The position numbers and the translations under genes are program-made. From the NCBI GenBank assembly GCA_030704615.1, contig CM060733.1, positions 37,634,001 through 37,698,000 of the forward strand: a stretch of DNA of 64,000 nucleotides, read 5' to 3'. Source of the DNA: Takakia lepidozioides. Lineage: Eukaryota > Plantae > Bryophyta. The notes under the pieces are model-generated. The model had not been told where the DNA came from and ran no database searches. It saw only the letters and a list, made by a program, of their open reading frames with translations. How positions within the stretch are numbered: position 1 is the first letter of the stretch; the number at the start of each line of letters is the position of its first letter. Positions 22,930-37,400 of this stretch are shown here, piece after piece.

Positions 22930-25900
22930 ATGGAGGGGAATGTGGTGCAGGCCACCGCAGGTTTATGGCCACAACACGTACTGGTGCCATGGACTTCTCA
23001 GGGGCATCCTCTGCGGAAGACAAGGTCCCTCAGGCCCCTTCTGGTCTTGCCCGAAGAGGGTTCAATCGGCTTGGGATCCCGTTCCTTGAGCATGGACGGG
23101 CATCACGGACTGAAGAGCCAAATTCAGGACAAGCCAAGCTTCTTGCATCTTCCGTTTTTGCATGGTGTTTGCCTGATGCGTCGGAAATATGCTCATCATA
23201 AGAGGTGCAGGCAATGGCGCAAACAAGGTTCCCACCTGGACCGTCCGTCTGTGAAGACACGGACTTTTGGAGAAAGAAGTGAGGGCGCCCGCTTGTATCA
23301 TGACAGGACGGATAAGCTGGTGTGGGTTAGCGAAGGAAGACGGATACTCGGAGCAGGGACAGACAACCATAGCTGGAGAGTCCGTTACCAAGAAGACGAG
23401 GGCGATGATAAAAATATAGAGGAGGAGAAAAGCTCTAGAGAGACGGATTCTAATGCACGCCGGAGTGTGGGGGAGTACGCTGCCAGCACTGCAATGGCAG
23501 TGAAGGAGTCACTGCCTCCAGAAGGCGTGATTGTCCTCCTGTCCTGTCTGGTGGGGCTTCTTACTGGCGGCAGCGTTGTCCTTTTCAATCTTGGGGTGAG
23601 TTGCATTCTTTTGTTTTATCTTTTGTACACAGTTGCTATAATTGTTGTGTGCAAAAGGGGAGTGAGAGGGGTGTCAGAGAGTTCCAATTCTTCTTTCTTT
23701 TCTTCTTTTTCTGTCTCTACTTGCTTCTTCAGCAATTTTGAGCTGGTGGTTTTGGACGTCATGGATTTGGCACATGGAGCTATGTGCACGATTGGTTGGT
23801 TCACTCTTATGCCTGGAAGGAACGGACAGTTGAGAAAGTGTGAGCCTTGTACACCCATGTCTGATATCCTCTTAATAACAAACAAATCTATCTTGACAAC
23901 AGTTATGCACAATAGAGTTGTGAATGTAACTCTTGCGAAACAGGAGCCCTGCAAGCTGACAGCTAAGTGATCCACGGGAAGGGAGAGACTCTTGTCCCTG
24001 GGTAATAAAGTGAGGAATGCCGTGGTTGGCAGGGGGACTGGTTGATTTCTGCTCAGAGCTAACAGTCATTTCTGACGTGAAATTCTCTTCTGAGTGTCCA
24101 AGTGCTTTGCACCCATCTGCGCCCTTGAATTCCTGAAGATCTGTTTCGTTTCTGTGGATGAGGTATGGTTTTGGATTTGCCAATGTAACAGCCACGGTGT
24201 TGGAGGAGAGATTTCAGCACTGGTGGATGTCAACAACTAGTTGTGAAATTCTCTCTGCAAATGGTGCTGGGAAGATTTCAGAGAGAAGAAGATTGTCACC
24301 ACAATAGTCCTATTGATTGACTTGTGAGAAGCATCTCCTGGGTAATAAAATGAGTAACTCTGACCACCAACCTTATTTTGTCTTGTATAAACATCCCTGT
24401 CTCCAATGACTGCACACAAGTCTTGCAGTTAAAATCTGCGTTTGAAGTTAGCAGCTTCTTGGTTTGGAATTATGATCTTCAAGCTTGTCCAACTTTGTGA
24501 TCCAGTAGGAAATTTTGTGCTTGTAGCCCTGGTGTTGTTGGCTTAGGTGCCTGAGGCATACTTGCTGTAGTAATTGCGGAAAGCTGGGGACAGGTGCATG
24601 CAATACATGATGAAGTGTGGGCTGGCATCCCCCAGAGTGGGGCAGCCTGGTTGCGCACACGGCCATTGCATGAGACTTGGGTCCGCCTTTTGGCAGTGCC
24701 AGTGGGTGGGGGTGCAGTGGTGGGTGTTCTCAAGACGCTATATCAGGCTTTGGATGAGTCAGGTAAAGACAAGGCTAGGCGCAGGGCCCGCCTTGGATGG
24801 GCAGATGTGAAAGGAGTAACCAGGGCAGTGCTTAAGGTGGTGGCTGCAGCTGTCACACTCGGCACTGGCAACTCGTTGGGTCCAGAAGGGCCAAGTGTAG
24901 AATTAGGGGCATCCATAGCCAATGGTGTAGGCACAGTGCTAAATAACAGCCGTGAACGCAAGCTTTCGCTGGTTGCTGCAGGTTCTGCAGCTGGTATCTC
25001 CTCAGGTCTGCACTGCACCTTTGAGTCATACCTTTGAGAAGCTCTTTGTTCTGTTTTGCACACGTCTGTTACTCTCTCTCTGGGCCTATGTACCAATGTG
25101 CTATTTGTGGCCATTTTCCCCATGCTTGGATGGTACAGAACAAGAGGGGAATGCATTTATTGACGGTTCCTGCACTTATTGGCTCTGACACAGCCTTGTA
25201 GCAGGGTCCCGGTGGGGTACTAACCTCCCTCAGGGTACCTGAGACTCAATCTGACTTTAGTATATTGAGTCATTATGTGACCAAACCAATTTTACTGGGA
25301 ATTGAGTGTTCACGTGTATGCTGGAATTGCCATTATGCAAAACAAAATGATTTGATTTTGCCCGTGCTGCTCTAACCTGCTAGGTGGTAACAGCGTGACA
25401 AATTTGAGTGTGATTGCAGTGCCAAATGACTTGTAAAGAGAAGGGACAGATAAAAAGGAGAGAGGATGATGATCATTCACTGTTTCCTGCAAATGTTAAG
25501 TATGACAGGCCCCTCTAGGGAGGAAACTCTAAAGAGTTGTACTGGGGCGGATAGGGTTCAATGCGGCTGTGGCAGGTTGCTTTTTTGCGGTGGAGTCAGT
25601 GTTGCGGCCCTCATCGGGTGACTCTTCATCACTGACAACAGCTATGGTGCTTCTGAGCTCCGTGCTGGCCAGTGTGCTGTCGCAAGCTGGCTTGGGATCT
25701 GACCCTGCATTCAAGATCCCTGCCTATGACTTCCGCTCCCCTGCCGGTATGTCTGATTGCGACAAACTTGCCGGTATGTCGATATGTGTTGTATAACATA
25801 GAGACACAAACATGCCAAGTTACTCAACTTTGGACCGCAGGTAGAGATGAGTGTAAGGGAATCTAATTGGCCTCACCTGTGTTGAAGCAGAGCTTCCACT

Positions 25901-27968
25901 ATATTTATTGCTTGGAGTCTTGTGCGGAGGGGTATCAATCGCTCTCATCAAGGGCAGTGCATATGCAACAACTATGTTTGAGTATGGACAGAAGATAACA
26001 GGAGCTCCCTCAGGCTTGCTGCCACCACTGGGAGGGCTGGGGGTGGGTCTAATAGCGCTGGTATACCCAGAGGTTCTTTACTGGGGCTTTGAGAATGTCG
26101 ATGTGTTGCTAGAGTCGCGACCGTGGGCGCGTGGCCCACCGGTAGAGCTGCTGTTGCAGCTGGTGGCTGCCAAGCTGGTAGCGACATCTCTGTGTCGTGG
26201 CTCTGGCCTGGTGGGAGGCATGTATGCACCGTCACTGTTCATAGGTGCAGCACTGGGGTCAGCATATGGGAAACTGGTGGGCTATCTGTTGAGACATGCA
26301 GATCCTATGTATCATCTCGATGCGCTTCAGTTAGCTGCCCCACAAGCCTATGCATTGGTACTGATTTCCAGCTTCTGTTCTCGTGTCTTCTTATTTTATC
26401 CCGTGAGTGGGAATTAGGTGCCCATCTCAACACATGCTGGTTGTTGCATTCAAAGACTGGCACTTGCTCGGATCAATGCTCTGTCTTGTTGGATTTGGAG
26501 GGTTCACACTTTACTTGGTGCTATCTGATCTCTCTATCACTTGCTGCATCATCCTCTCTAGCTTATCTGTAACGTGGCCGGTGCATGTATTTGTTGGTGT
26601 GATACAAGTAACTGATTGGGGAGGAGGGGGAGCAGGTGGGCATGGCAGCCATGTTGGCAGGAGTGTGCCAAGTGCCGTTGACTGCAGTGTTGCTTTTGTT
26701 CGAGCTCACCCGGGACTACCGCATCATTTTGCCACTCATGGCAGCTGTGAGCCTGTCTTCCTGGATTGCATCCTCACTAAATAGGCCAAAGAAGCGCATA
26801 GTGATGAAGTATGATGGAGCCCTGGCCTCTAGCTCCGTTGTAACTGTACCACAATCTGCCGGTGGTAATGATTTGTCACTCAATGCTACGTTGCTGACAA
26901 CACAAAGCGTGTTGAGCAATGGTGATGGATATGGGGGGTTACAAAGTGCAGGTGGTAGGCTACTGGACTTATCCCTGAGAGAGGGAAATGATATATGCAA
27001 TGTCGACGCCTCTCTTTGTTTGGCCAATCTAGAGATTAGTGAAGAGCAGTTAGCAGAGGTGATCCCCGTGGCAGTGGCAATGAGGACTAAGTTTGCAGTA
27101 GTAGCACCTGAAGCTTCTGTGCAAGAAGCCATGGAAGTCATGGCAGTGGAGAAGGAGTGGTGTGTACTGCTGCTGGACCCATATCGGCACCTTCAAGGCC
27201 TCCTGACACTGGCTGATATCCAGCTCGCTGCTGAGCATGCCACCACTACGGGCCTTCAGATGGAGGTCTTCCTTCCTCCCATGATTCTTGTTTTGGGTTC
27301 ATGTGCCGGAGGAAAGAGTATGCTCAAGTTCTGTGGATGTCTGGATTGAAGGAAGGGATATATATTGAGGAACGTTGTTGTGGCAGGTGGGAAGGAAGCC
27401 AGTTGCTACATTGTGTGACAGTAGGGGCCCGAAGCCAGTGGTAACGACCACAGCTGACATGAGCCTGAGAGCAGCACAGCGCCTCATGGTGGGCCGTGGC
27501 TTGCGCCAGATACCGGTGCTGGATGTGGGTAGGCAAGTCATTGGCCTTCTCGACAGGGACTCCATTGCACTTGCTTGCCGGTACCAATCTTTTTGGGATT
27601 ATTCTTTTCTATGCTGAGATATGGAGAGCTCAATCCTTCATGTTGGTGGGACTTTCCCCTTTTGCTTGATTTTTTGTAGGATACTCATAGTCAGCAGCTG
27701 TTGACATGCTAACCCCTGATAAGTAGCTTTTGTAGTATTTGCAGCTCTTCATTTGAGCACTTGTCTGCATATAAGAGAGATCATTGAAGGCAATGCATGT
27801 GGGCCAGTGTGGGACAGAACATTGCAATTCTGCATCAGGAGTGTTTTTTCGTCGAAGATAACTAATTCAATTGCTGATGTGGAGCTATGCAGGGCGGAGG
27901 CGACCAGGAGGTTGTTATGCCTCTCTTTATTGGGAACTGCTCTGGAAGAGGCCCAGGGGCCCCATTGA
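22930..27968 (+). CDS. CLC-e: Chloride channel CLC-e-like with CBS domains. Exons about 22930-23595, 24594-25005, 25555-25746, 25891-26357, 26636-27265, 27387-27580, 27893-27968
   Basis: GNSLGPEGPSVELG, AAGSAAGISSGFNAAVAGCFFAVESVL, LGSDPAFKIPAYDFRSPAELPLYLLLG, YWGFENVDVLLESRP, GLVGGMYAPSLFIGA, LLLFELTRDYRIILPL. All junctions are GT-AG and in phase. The residues fit CLC-e better than CLC-f. Confidence 0.93.
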
Positions 27969-29984
27969 CTCTGGGAGAACAGTAGGGTGAGACAATATCA
28001 GTAATGCATTGAGCATCCTGATTCATTATTCGGTTGTAGTTCAGGAGGTAGGAAGCCTCAGTGGCCAGCCTGCTGTATCTTCCAATTTTATCTTGCAGTG
28101 GTGAGATGCTATGTTTCCATCTATCTTTCTAATTCGCTATCAGGCATTCATTACTGTTGATGTTGCTTACAGTTGTCAAGCTCAACTAGTGCAAGTGGAC
28201 AATTTTCTGACATTGGGAGTAGCACCCATCTACCCTGGTAAAGCTTCTTTTCCACGATTCTAGCAGTATGTCATGAAGATGTGGAGAGAGTTTCAGTAAG
28301 CTGTCTGTGGTTGAGATGTTCCTCCAAAGCACACCTGACCCAGTGTTGATTCTGAGTTGTGCAGGGCACCTACAGACAATTCTGTACACGTGGATGCATT
28401 CTTCCTGAGTATGTTCCAGTAATTGATCTCTCCCCCAAAAGCTTACGTACTTGCATTTTTGCCTTCATCCATCCACTTCTGAATGAGGAAGGTTTTCGTC
28501 AGTGATTGTGTACTTCAAATTATCTGTCCACAATGCATGAGCTCAGCTGCATGCTCTAAATTGGGCAAGAATGATGTGCGGATCCATATACGTCATCAAT
28601 GAAGTTGGTGAGGGTCTGGTAAAAGCAGCTACAAATTTCCCTTGGAACAGAGAAGACCTACTATCTTGTGGGAATATTGTAGGATTGGTGCTCATCTGCA
28701 GAATGTGATAAATTCATGCTACTTACAATTCTCATGATGGTATTCTCCAGTGAAGTTTTTCAAGCTGAGTATTGATGATGGCAGAGTGTTAGTGAATCCT
28801 GAGTACCAGCTCACCGTTTGACTTCAGTACAGGGATTCACTGAGGGACTAAAGGCTTGCAAAAAGTGAGGCTTATTTTCTAACATGTTAACAACTACATT
28901 TTGTGGTGGAACGCAAACGAACCACCTAGACACTGCAACAGTGCAGGAAATCTACAACAGGTGCAATCATCTTGTAGCTATCCACCAACCTGAACCTGGA
29001 CGAAGGTCTTGTACAGAACAAGGTTACAATGCCTTGGTTCTCGCCTCCTGCCCAGCATATGGCCTCATGTTTGTCCATCCTAATTGAAGCAAGGCAGTCA
29101 CATTTGACACTCTCCTCCCTTCGATCCAACAGCTTGAGAAAGACCAGTTTGAGCCTACTAGAGCCACAGCATGGGGGCACAAGGCTTTGTTTCACTCTCA
29201 TTTTGTAACCCTGATGCCATCTCAGGCTGATGAGCAGACGTCCGCAGAAGCTGCCAAAGTTGTGACTGTAGCATCTGCTCCACAGCCAATCATGTCTGCA
29301 CACACTCCATGCAAAGGCTGTCAACGCAAAATATATCAGAAGTGCAGCTATCTTTCTCGACCTCAGCAGTTATCCATTGCAGTATCTGACGGGTCAGATC
29401 ACTTGTCGGCGACGGTGGAAGACTCTTCTCCATAAAAGAGGCCTCCGATTCGTGTGGACACAGAGCGCGCATAAAGCTGAGTGTGGACTTATCTCCCGGA
29501 TCTCGAGAATAAAACGAAAAAGGATATTTTGTGCTGCCTCACTGCATCCAGTCATTGCGTGGCTGCTTCAGTTGTGGATGCCGTCAACTACAATACTTGT
29601 GCAGTGGAATTTGAACTGTTGCCCCTTTCTCTGAAGAGATATCTTCGGTTTCTTGTCAATCTAGTTGCAAATTTGGATTTGCCCGCTCTCACGTTCTCTC
29701 TTTTCAATCAGTATTGACGTCGTCGGTGGAATCTGGACCATAGCTCCTCTCTGTTTCTGCCTGTCGATCTTCCTCTCTCCAAGTTTCTTTCTTTCGTACC
29801 GTCAGCGATGCGGGATTGTAAAGCAATGAAATGACTGTTTAATTACTGTTGCTCTTAGTATTCTGAAATGTGCTAGTATTAACGCATTGAGCTCGTCATT
29901 GCATTGCAAGAAAGAGGCGGTAAATCAGCTCTGGATGGCCTCCTTCTGCACCTAGTAAGGAAAGCTCTCTCTGCACCAATTCTT

Positions 29985-32900
29985 ATGACTACTTTGTCAG
30001 GAAACGCTTCAATGGCAACTAACTACGGTGCTAATCTTTCCAGAAATTTTGTCCTTTCATCAAGATTCAGCACTGGTTTGGCAGGAAGTACTTTCATAGC
30101 TGCTAAACCAAGCTCAAATCTGTGGGGAGTTTCCCTGAGAGTACAACGTGGCAAGAACCAAGCTGAAGATGTGATGGGAAAGAGATACAACTCATGGAGA
30201 ACGAGCGTCCCTGCTGATCTTGAAGAGGCATCAGTGGTGAATGTCCGTGCAAGTGGTGAATCGTTTCGTAAGTAGTTGCTTGCTTTTTTCCCCTACTCCT
30301 TTGAAATATCCTTACGGTTCATCTCTCTCTCGCACACACAGAATCTGTGAAACAATTCCGATGCACACGTCCCCGGCATTCGCAGTGATAGCATTCACCA
30401 CACTGCTAATTGCAGCTATTTGCAAATCTTACCCTTGTGGGATGTGATTGCGCTGGCCCCTGACCAGCATTTCGGCTGCCATCCCTCATAGCCGGCAAAG
30501 ACCGTGCCACGGTAGCATGACTGAGCTGCTCACACCATTCTGCAATGGGCTTCTATTTCCCTGCCGGGCAACTGTCGTTTAAACTGAGAATTGGAATTTC
30601 GCACAGGAAAATGAGATGGAGACGGACAATTCAACATCGAAAGACACGGAATTGATAGCATCACGATATCTGATCTCCTCACTTTCTGACAAACAGGAAC
30701 GACAAAGGACCTCGTCATAAATGGGAATGGAGCAGCCACAAGCACGGCAACGCTATTAGCAGAGCGCAGCCCTAGCCCAGTCACAGGCGGGGCATATGAT
30801 TTCCGACGGGCAACTGAACCTCTAACAGCTAGGCCCCTACCAGCAGCCAAGAAGGTGGTGCTTGTGAGGCATGGATTGAGCTCTTGGAATGAAGAAGAAC
30901 GTGTGCAGGTTTTTTCCGAGATCTTGTCCTCTTCTAGTGTTTCTATTCACAAGTAGAGTACGGATTGACACCTATGTCCATGTCTCTTCATGCTTTTTTC
31001 AATGTGGAACTGTCATGGACTTCTTTAAGGTGTAGCTTATCATCCACATTTGGGAGCTGCATAAGTTAACATCGTCTAACAAGCACACAGACCTGGAGAG
31101 TTAGATTGGAAGCCAGCAGTACAACTCTGGAGTGTATCATTCCTAAATTCCCTCAAGCTGCGAAAGCATGAACTAACATACTTAAAGTACAATTCAGAAA
31201 GTTTAAGAGGGCTGGTGCTGTAATTGATCAAAGAAATATTTCACAATTACAACAAAGTTGCATGATTGTCCTGGGGAGTCCAGAACATTTCGGGAATGTT
31301 TGAAGTGTTCTTAAAGTCCGCATCTATATAAGTTACCTGCGTATCATTATACACGGATAAATATGTTGAGGTGATCAGCTTTAACTACAGCATTGACGAT
31401 AAAATGTAGACATCTCTGGTAGTGGAAGTACCTCTTGAGCAGTAAGGCTGTTTTGTTGGTCATCCAAGATAATATCCTGCTGGCAGCGAATTTGACACTT
31501 TTTGGGGAATTAACCTTGCATGTGTTGAGGGTCAAGTAGGTTCTGTCCCCTTTAATAGTTGCTTCAGGCGTAAGTGCTCACCTGGGTGTGGTTTGCCTCT
31601 CTTGTTGACCCAGAAAACATTTTGTGTTCACTCGCCACATGTACTGATTTAGACAGTCAGCCTTGGCGGATGGTAACGCACATCCTTGTGTAGATTTTAC
31701 GAGGAGTCTTGTGACTTGAAGGTGCCAGTGGATTGAGGCCCTAGTGTCTGATTAGGATGCATGCCTCTTCCTCTCACATCTAATGTGGGAAAATACCTAT
31801 CGTCACCTTTGCAGGGAAGCTCAGATTTGTCAGTGCTTTCAGAGAAGGGACGAGATCAAGCACTACGAGTCCGGGAGAGTCTTGCCCATTTGAAGTTTGA
31901 TCAGTGTTTTGCAAGCCCTATTTCCCGAGCAAAGGTAGAAGGATGTACTTATAGCCCTGCTCTTTTGCTTCTTGGTGTCTCTCACTGTCTGTTTGCTGTT
32001 TCTTCCTTTTAGAGCTTACTATGCATGGCAACCACAGTAGTGGCTGGTGAAGTCAAGACTAGCTGCTTCTAAGCCTCACCTGTTGTTATGTATTGCCATC
32101 ATTTATGTCCCATTTGAACTGCATTCGTGCACATTTATGTGATTTGTTTGCATGAACCCATCAAGCATGGACCTGTTGACTTTATCAGAAGTTGCCAACT
32201 TAATAATAGTGGCCTCAAATTTTACACAGACAAGCGCAGAGCTTATTTGGGAGGGGAAGACAGAGCCCATTGTATATCTAGACACATTGAGGGAGGCCAA
32301 CCTTCTTTTCCTGGAGGGCATGCGGAACAGTGAGTTTCTCATCTTCCTACTCCAGTGCATTAGTGACAAAACTAAAGAATGCTATGAAGATTCTGTTGAA
32401 ACTATGAGCAGAAAAAGACCAGCATTGTGTGCAGTGTTGCAGGGAGTCGAGATTTTCCCATAAGAAGGCCTGGGGTAGTCACTGTGTTATTATAGCCTAA
32501 ACCAGTTTTTTGCCGCGTTTTTAACGTATTCATCATTGCCTGTGGCATCGCCTGTGGGGCCAGAAAATGGATTTGCCTGCCCTTTTCCTGAGGAGATGTT
32601 TGGATTGATACCTTCCCAGACAGTGATTCAAGCTGTGTCACCTAATTTGAAATTAACAGAGGTCTATCCAGTAGATTTCAAACCCCCACCAGCTTGGTCA
32701 TCGGTTCATCTGAGTAGCTTGTTCTTTTGGAGTGTAGGCAGCTATCAAAGCTCTTCAACCTGTGATGAATTGTTTCACAGCACAAGGGGCAACGTAAACC
32801 AAATTCTCTGCTTCCCTGTCTGGCAAGTGAAGAAAGTGTCAAACCTGCCTATATTCAAACCTGGCCTCTCCTTTCTGGGGTGATTTTCATCCCAAGCTTA

Positions 32901-34045
32901 GCTTAGTTAATGACTTTGCTGTCGTCGACTTAAAAGCATCCAATGAGAGGTATGAAAGTGTACTCCTGTTTCTTAAGACCATAGCCTCTGGGACTCCACT
33001 ATAGTTGCATGTATTTTTGTTCCCATGGAAAGCTTGACTTAAATCACCTGGCAGAAAGAGTCAAAGTCATGTCTTGGAATGTTTCCATTCTCCAGGATGA
33101 ATAACCCCTCAACATTTCAAAGAAGGCGGGAATATTGCTAATGCACTCTTGAAAGCAGTTTTTTGAGGCCAAGAGTTGTGCATTGTTTGTAATGGTGTCT
33201 GCGGGGGAGGTGTGACACCAACCAGACAAGCCATTTCTGGATAGTCATGCGGTGGAGATAAATCATGTGTTTGCCGACTTACACAATTATTGATTTGTCA
33301 TGGCAGTTGATGCCAAGCAGCAATATCCAGAGCTTTTCAAGGCATGGAGGGAAGAACCACAGAGTTTTCATGTAGATGGTGTGTATCCCATTGTTGAGCT
33401 GTGGGCAAAGGCAAGGAAAGCATGGGAGGAAATCTTGTCGGCACAAGTAAGTCGATTTTAGCAAAGCCCACGTGCTGTGACCTGAAGTTTGATGTGACTG
33501 TGAGTTTCACAATAGTTCTCTGATATCCTTGGATTCTATTACATGATTTTGGACCAGCTTATATGGATGGTAAATTTTACACTCACAAATAGCACCTCCA
33601 ACCACAACTTTCTTGTGCATGTGGTGTAGGGTGAGCTGGTGCTGGTAGTAACACATAAATCAATTTTGCGTGCCCTCCTCTGCACGGCCCTGGGCATGGG
33701 CCCAGACAGGTACTCTCAACAACATTACTGACCTTTAGCAGTAGGCAATGAATGTTTGTTGTGCAAGACTTCAGCCCCCAAAAGAACCGTTCAATGGGAG
33801 CTTCATATCCGAGCTTTTGTCACTAATCTAATTGAGTGAAAAAGTAGAGGACATTATAATCTCTCTTTCATCGAGAGGTGAAATGCTATGCACCTTTTGA
33901 CACACATTGGGTTGGCAGGTTTCGAGCAATTGATGTAAATAATGCAGCTGTGTCAGTTTTCACAGTAAACGTGCGTGGCGAGCCGATGCTTCAGAGTCTA
34001 AATATGACAGCACACTTGCATGCGGATGATGTGCACTATTATTAA
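29985..34045 (+). CDS. Histidine phosphatase/phosphoglycerate-mutase family protein (2-carboxy-D-arabinitol-1-phosphatase-like), probably plastid. Exons about 29985-30255 or 30267, 30697-30908, 31815-31934, 32230-32329, 33307-33446, 33630-33709, 33919-34045
   Basis: The spliced product reads KKVVLVRHGLSSWNEEERVQ/GSSDLSVLSEKG...FASPISRAK/TSAE...LEGMRN/...WREEP.../GELVLVVTHKSILRALLCTALG.../FRAIDVNNAAVSVF...LNMTAHL. The RHG and VTH catalytic motifs are intact. Confidence 0.92.
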
Positions 34046-34925
34046 GATGGCTCAGAACTATCAATCACCGGGGCCCTATTTCCTGATTGGAGGGCTCCCT
34101 ATATGTATATACCAGTGGAATCTTCCTCTGTTTTATGGTGGAGTGCTGAGCATTCGAACTCATGGTTGAAGGTGCATGTAAACCTCAGTCCAAAATACAT
34201 GGTGGTTTTCTGTAGTTCTCTATGGTAAACTCCGTTTTAAATGAGTTTAGCTAGAGATATCCAATTTTCTGGTTAGGTAGCTGCCCTGTGAATCCCAAAT
34301 CCATCAGAGCAGTTGGGGATTGCATTGACAAGTAACTCTCACAATTTAAAGTTGCTTATGCCTACGACCAGGTTTGGCATTCTATGTTGTGTGCCTAAGT
34401 GTATCGATTCTGGCAGTTATAGTGTCAACTCTCTGGGGGAAGGGTTTAATAGAGCTTGAATCAAACATATCCGATATCTCAGTAAGTTTTGAAGTATGAG
34501 ATCTCTCAAGCACAATCTAGCTCTCTTCTAGGTACATTAAGTGATGAATGCGCACACATCACTCGTAGGATGCAGTGAAGGCCTGTTGTTTCTAAGGATT
34601 GGCACCCATATGCTAGTCTTGGAAAATGATTAGCAGTATTGCATTGGCATGGAGGCAGCATATCTCCTGGAGATGGGAAGGATTTTTGGGATCTGTCTTG
34701 AATGGTCGTAATAGTGAAGATAGGTGAGGGAAAAACTTCAATAACTTAGCTCAGTAGAAAACAAGGAAGATGGGGTGGGCTTCCAACTACATACCAGCCC
34801 CGACACAGCCAGAAAACTACATTTTAACTGAGATATTCTCGAGTGGCAACCCTCTTGGAATTGTGGATGTGCTGCAAGGTATGTTCTGATTCTTGTAATG
34901 GTGACCACTCTGTAAAGAGGAGGTC

Positions 34926-35126
34926 AGAGAGAGAGAGAGAGAGAGAGAGAGTGTGTGTGTGTGTGTGTGCGTGCGCGCGCAGGTAACATGCTTGGTGGGG
35001 GCCTTATTGCGATCGAGTCAATAATGTCAAGGTACATTTTGAAGTACAATCAAAAGTACTCAATAAAATCTAGGATGATGCTTGGTGGGGGCCTTATTGC
35101 GATCGAGTCAATAATGTCAAGGTACA
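34926..35126. repeat. Compound (GA)n(GT)n(GC)n microsatellite followed by a perfect 49-bp direct repeat
   Basis: Microsatellite at 34926-34980. atgcttggtgggggccttattgcgatcgagtcaataatgtcaaggtaca occurs at 34988-35036 and 35078-35126. Confidence 0.9.
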
Positions 35127-35365
35127 GATGATGATTGTGCATTCATTATACTAATGTCTGGCCGAAGATGCCACAACTGTGTTTCAAACTGTCATCTGGA
35201 AAAACAACTCTCATATTGTGTGCTAAAAACAAGTTCGAGTTAAAGTGGTTTTCAACCAGTTAATTGGTTTTTACCATCTAGTGACTTTGCCATATGGATG
35301 GTTGAAGGATTGAACCCAGGTTCACCCTGGTTTTGCATGGGCAAGGCACAAATAAAGTGCTCAAG

Positions 35366-36130
35366 TGTGTGAAGCCTGATTCCGGCGCTATGGGTTTGTT
35401 CTCCTTCCTCTACCGGACTTAACCTTATCTTGGGGAATGTAGTCGATAGATGGGCCTGGCAGAGAAGACGGAATCTTACTAAGATGACACCACAGACTCA
35501 TACCTCCAAACACTTTCATCCAACTACTCAAGCACACCGTTACACCCAACGTAAGCTCGCGTAAGACCGAGAAGCCACCACCCTCACTACCACGGCAGTG
35601 AGGTTTAAATAGTATTAGGTCATAATCTAATCCTAGTGCCGTGTGGCACTTACACATAGGTCCACGAGATGCCCTTCCAGCACAGCCATAGAAAGAAGCC
35701 AGATCACCCAGTCCCATCCTAATTTAATCCTAAACTACCTATCCTAATCTAATCCTAAACTACCTGTTAGAATAAGACAGCCCCTAATAAAGCCATCAGT
35801 TGTTGCCTTATGCGCAAGGTGTAAGTTCTTCCAGACTTCATCTTGGCTCCGTCCATCCCTTAAATCATCCGGAGCACATCCCTCCTCCATTCATCCATGT
35901 CGAAAAGTAAGGTGAGAAGGAATCCCAGCTCCACACATGTGAAGCCTGTTGGGGCCACAAGAAACTGCGAGCTCCTGCGAGTGATGAACTCAGGGAGAAC
36001 AAAATGAAGCTTAGCCAAAACAAGCTACACACCCGGCACACAAGGGATGAAAAAACCTAGGGAAGAAAACCTCACCCTGCAAGCTGGGTGAAGGACAAAA
36101 CATCCCATAGGAAAAACCCCAAGTGCTACA
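35366..36130. mobile_element. LTR-like/terminal region adjoining the integrase remnant (orientation uncertain)
   Basis: TGTGTGAAGC (35366) and GCTCCACACA (35937) form an imperfect inverted end. TGTGAAGCCTG is repeated at 35368 and 35938. There is a TTTAAATAG TATA-like site, and ...CTACA followed by a PBS-like TGGTGC at about 36133. Confidence 0.4.
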
Positions 36131-36299
36131 ATTTGGTGCAGAAAACTAGCACGAAATTCAAACATTAGTCTAAAGAAGAAGATGCCATGTTTTGAGTGCG
36201 AGTTGTCCGAGCTGTGGGGGTGAAGATCACCTGACGGTTCTCAACATTCAAACAGGTTAGATCAAAAGTAAAAGTGTATGGAACAAGTAGTGAAATATG

Positions 36300-37400
36300 A
36301 ATGGAGTTAGCTAAGTGAGGAGTAGAGGCATGTTGTGGGAGCAAGACATACTGTCTGCCAGGAAGAATATCAGAGACAAGGTAAGGGCCATCAATTCTGC
36401 GTTTGGCCTTGGAAATCTGCTTACCAGGCTGGAGTCTCACACAAACAGACTGTCCTACCTTGAAGGACTCAGAATATACAACTCGGTGGTTGCAATTCTT
36501 GGCCTGAGCAGCTTGAGCAAACACAATGATAGATTTGGCAGTCTCCCTCAAACTACGTCTTCTAGCATCCATGGAAAGCAAAAAGACTTCCCAATTCTCA
36601 GGCTCACTAGCCGAGACCTGCAACCAGGAGATATGCAAAGGGGTTCTACATTTCCTACCATACAAAAGTTCAAAAGGCGAGATTTGGTACTGGCATGGAT
36701 AGAAGTCTTGTAGGCAAAGATCAGAATAGGCACAGCAATATCTCATTCATCAATGAGGGTCCCATTCTTCTTGAGTATCTGACATATAATTTTGTTAAAT
36801 CGTTCTGTCAAACCATTGCATTGGGGATTGTAGGGAGCAGTAACGGCATGCTTAGTGTTGAGATTAAACAAGACAATCTCCATAAGTTGGTTGCAGAACT
36901 CTATACCTCGATCCGTGAGGATTTCCAGAGGGCAACCATGACGAAGAATCACTTTATCAAAGAAGAACTGCACCACTTCATCACTATCCTTAGCAACCAG
37001 AGGTCGGAGCTCAACCCATTTCGTCAGGTAGTCCGTTGCAACTGCAAGGTATGCATGACCCTTGGACGTGGATTTAATGGGTTCAACTAGATCTAAGCCA
37101 ACCCTGGCAAATGGTTCAATCACCGGGATTGGCTGTAAAGGCAAGGGAGCTTCGGTTCTAGGTATGATGGTTTTAGCATGACAGGGCACACACCTTGCAA
37201 TGAAAGCTGAGACATCTTTAACTTAGTCTTTCCAGTGATACTGCTCCTATAATCTCTTGATAGTTTTAGCAACCCCCAAATGGTCAGCATAAGTAGAAGC
37301 ATGTTATAATTCGAGTAAAGCAGGAACAGCGGACCTAGAAGGGACTTCCACAGCAGAGGTACCTTCCAAAGCAGTGACTTTGAACAATCTCCCTTCACTT
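36300..37400 (-). mobile_element. Degenerate Ty3/gypsy- or Ginger-type integrase (HHCC, DDE core, GPY motif)
   Basis: DHLGVAKT...CVPCHAK; PFARVGLDLV...ATDYLTKWVE...ILTDRGIEF...APYNPQCNGLTERFN; SPFELLYGR; IDGPYLV. Stops and frameshifts are present, and no RT or RNase H is visible. Confidence 0.9.

Noticed and set aside
23596-23970. C-terminal part of the 349-aa ORF as coding
   Set aside because: It is read-through into intron 1. CLC homology stops at the GT donor at 23596.
28186-29720. Minus-strand spliced gene between CLC-e and the phosphatase
   Set aside because: Some splice-like sites are present, but there is no coherent ORF or recognisable protein.
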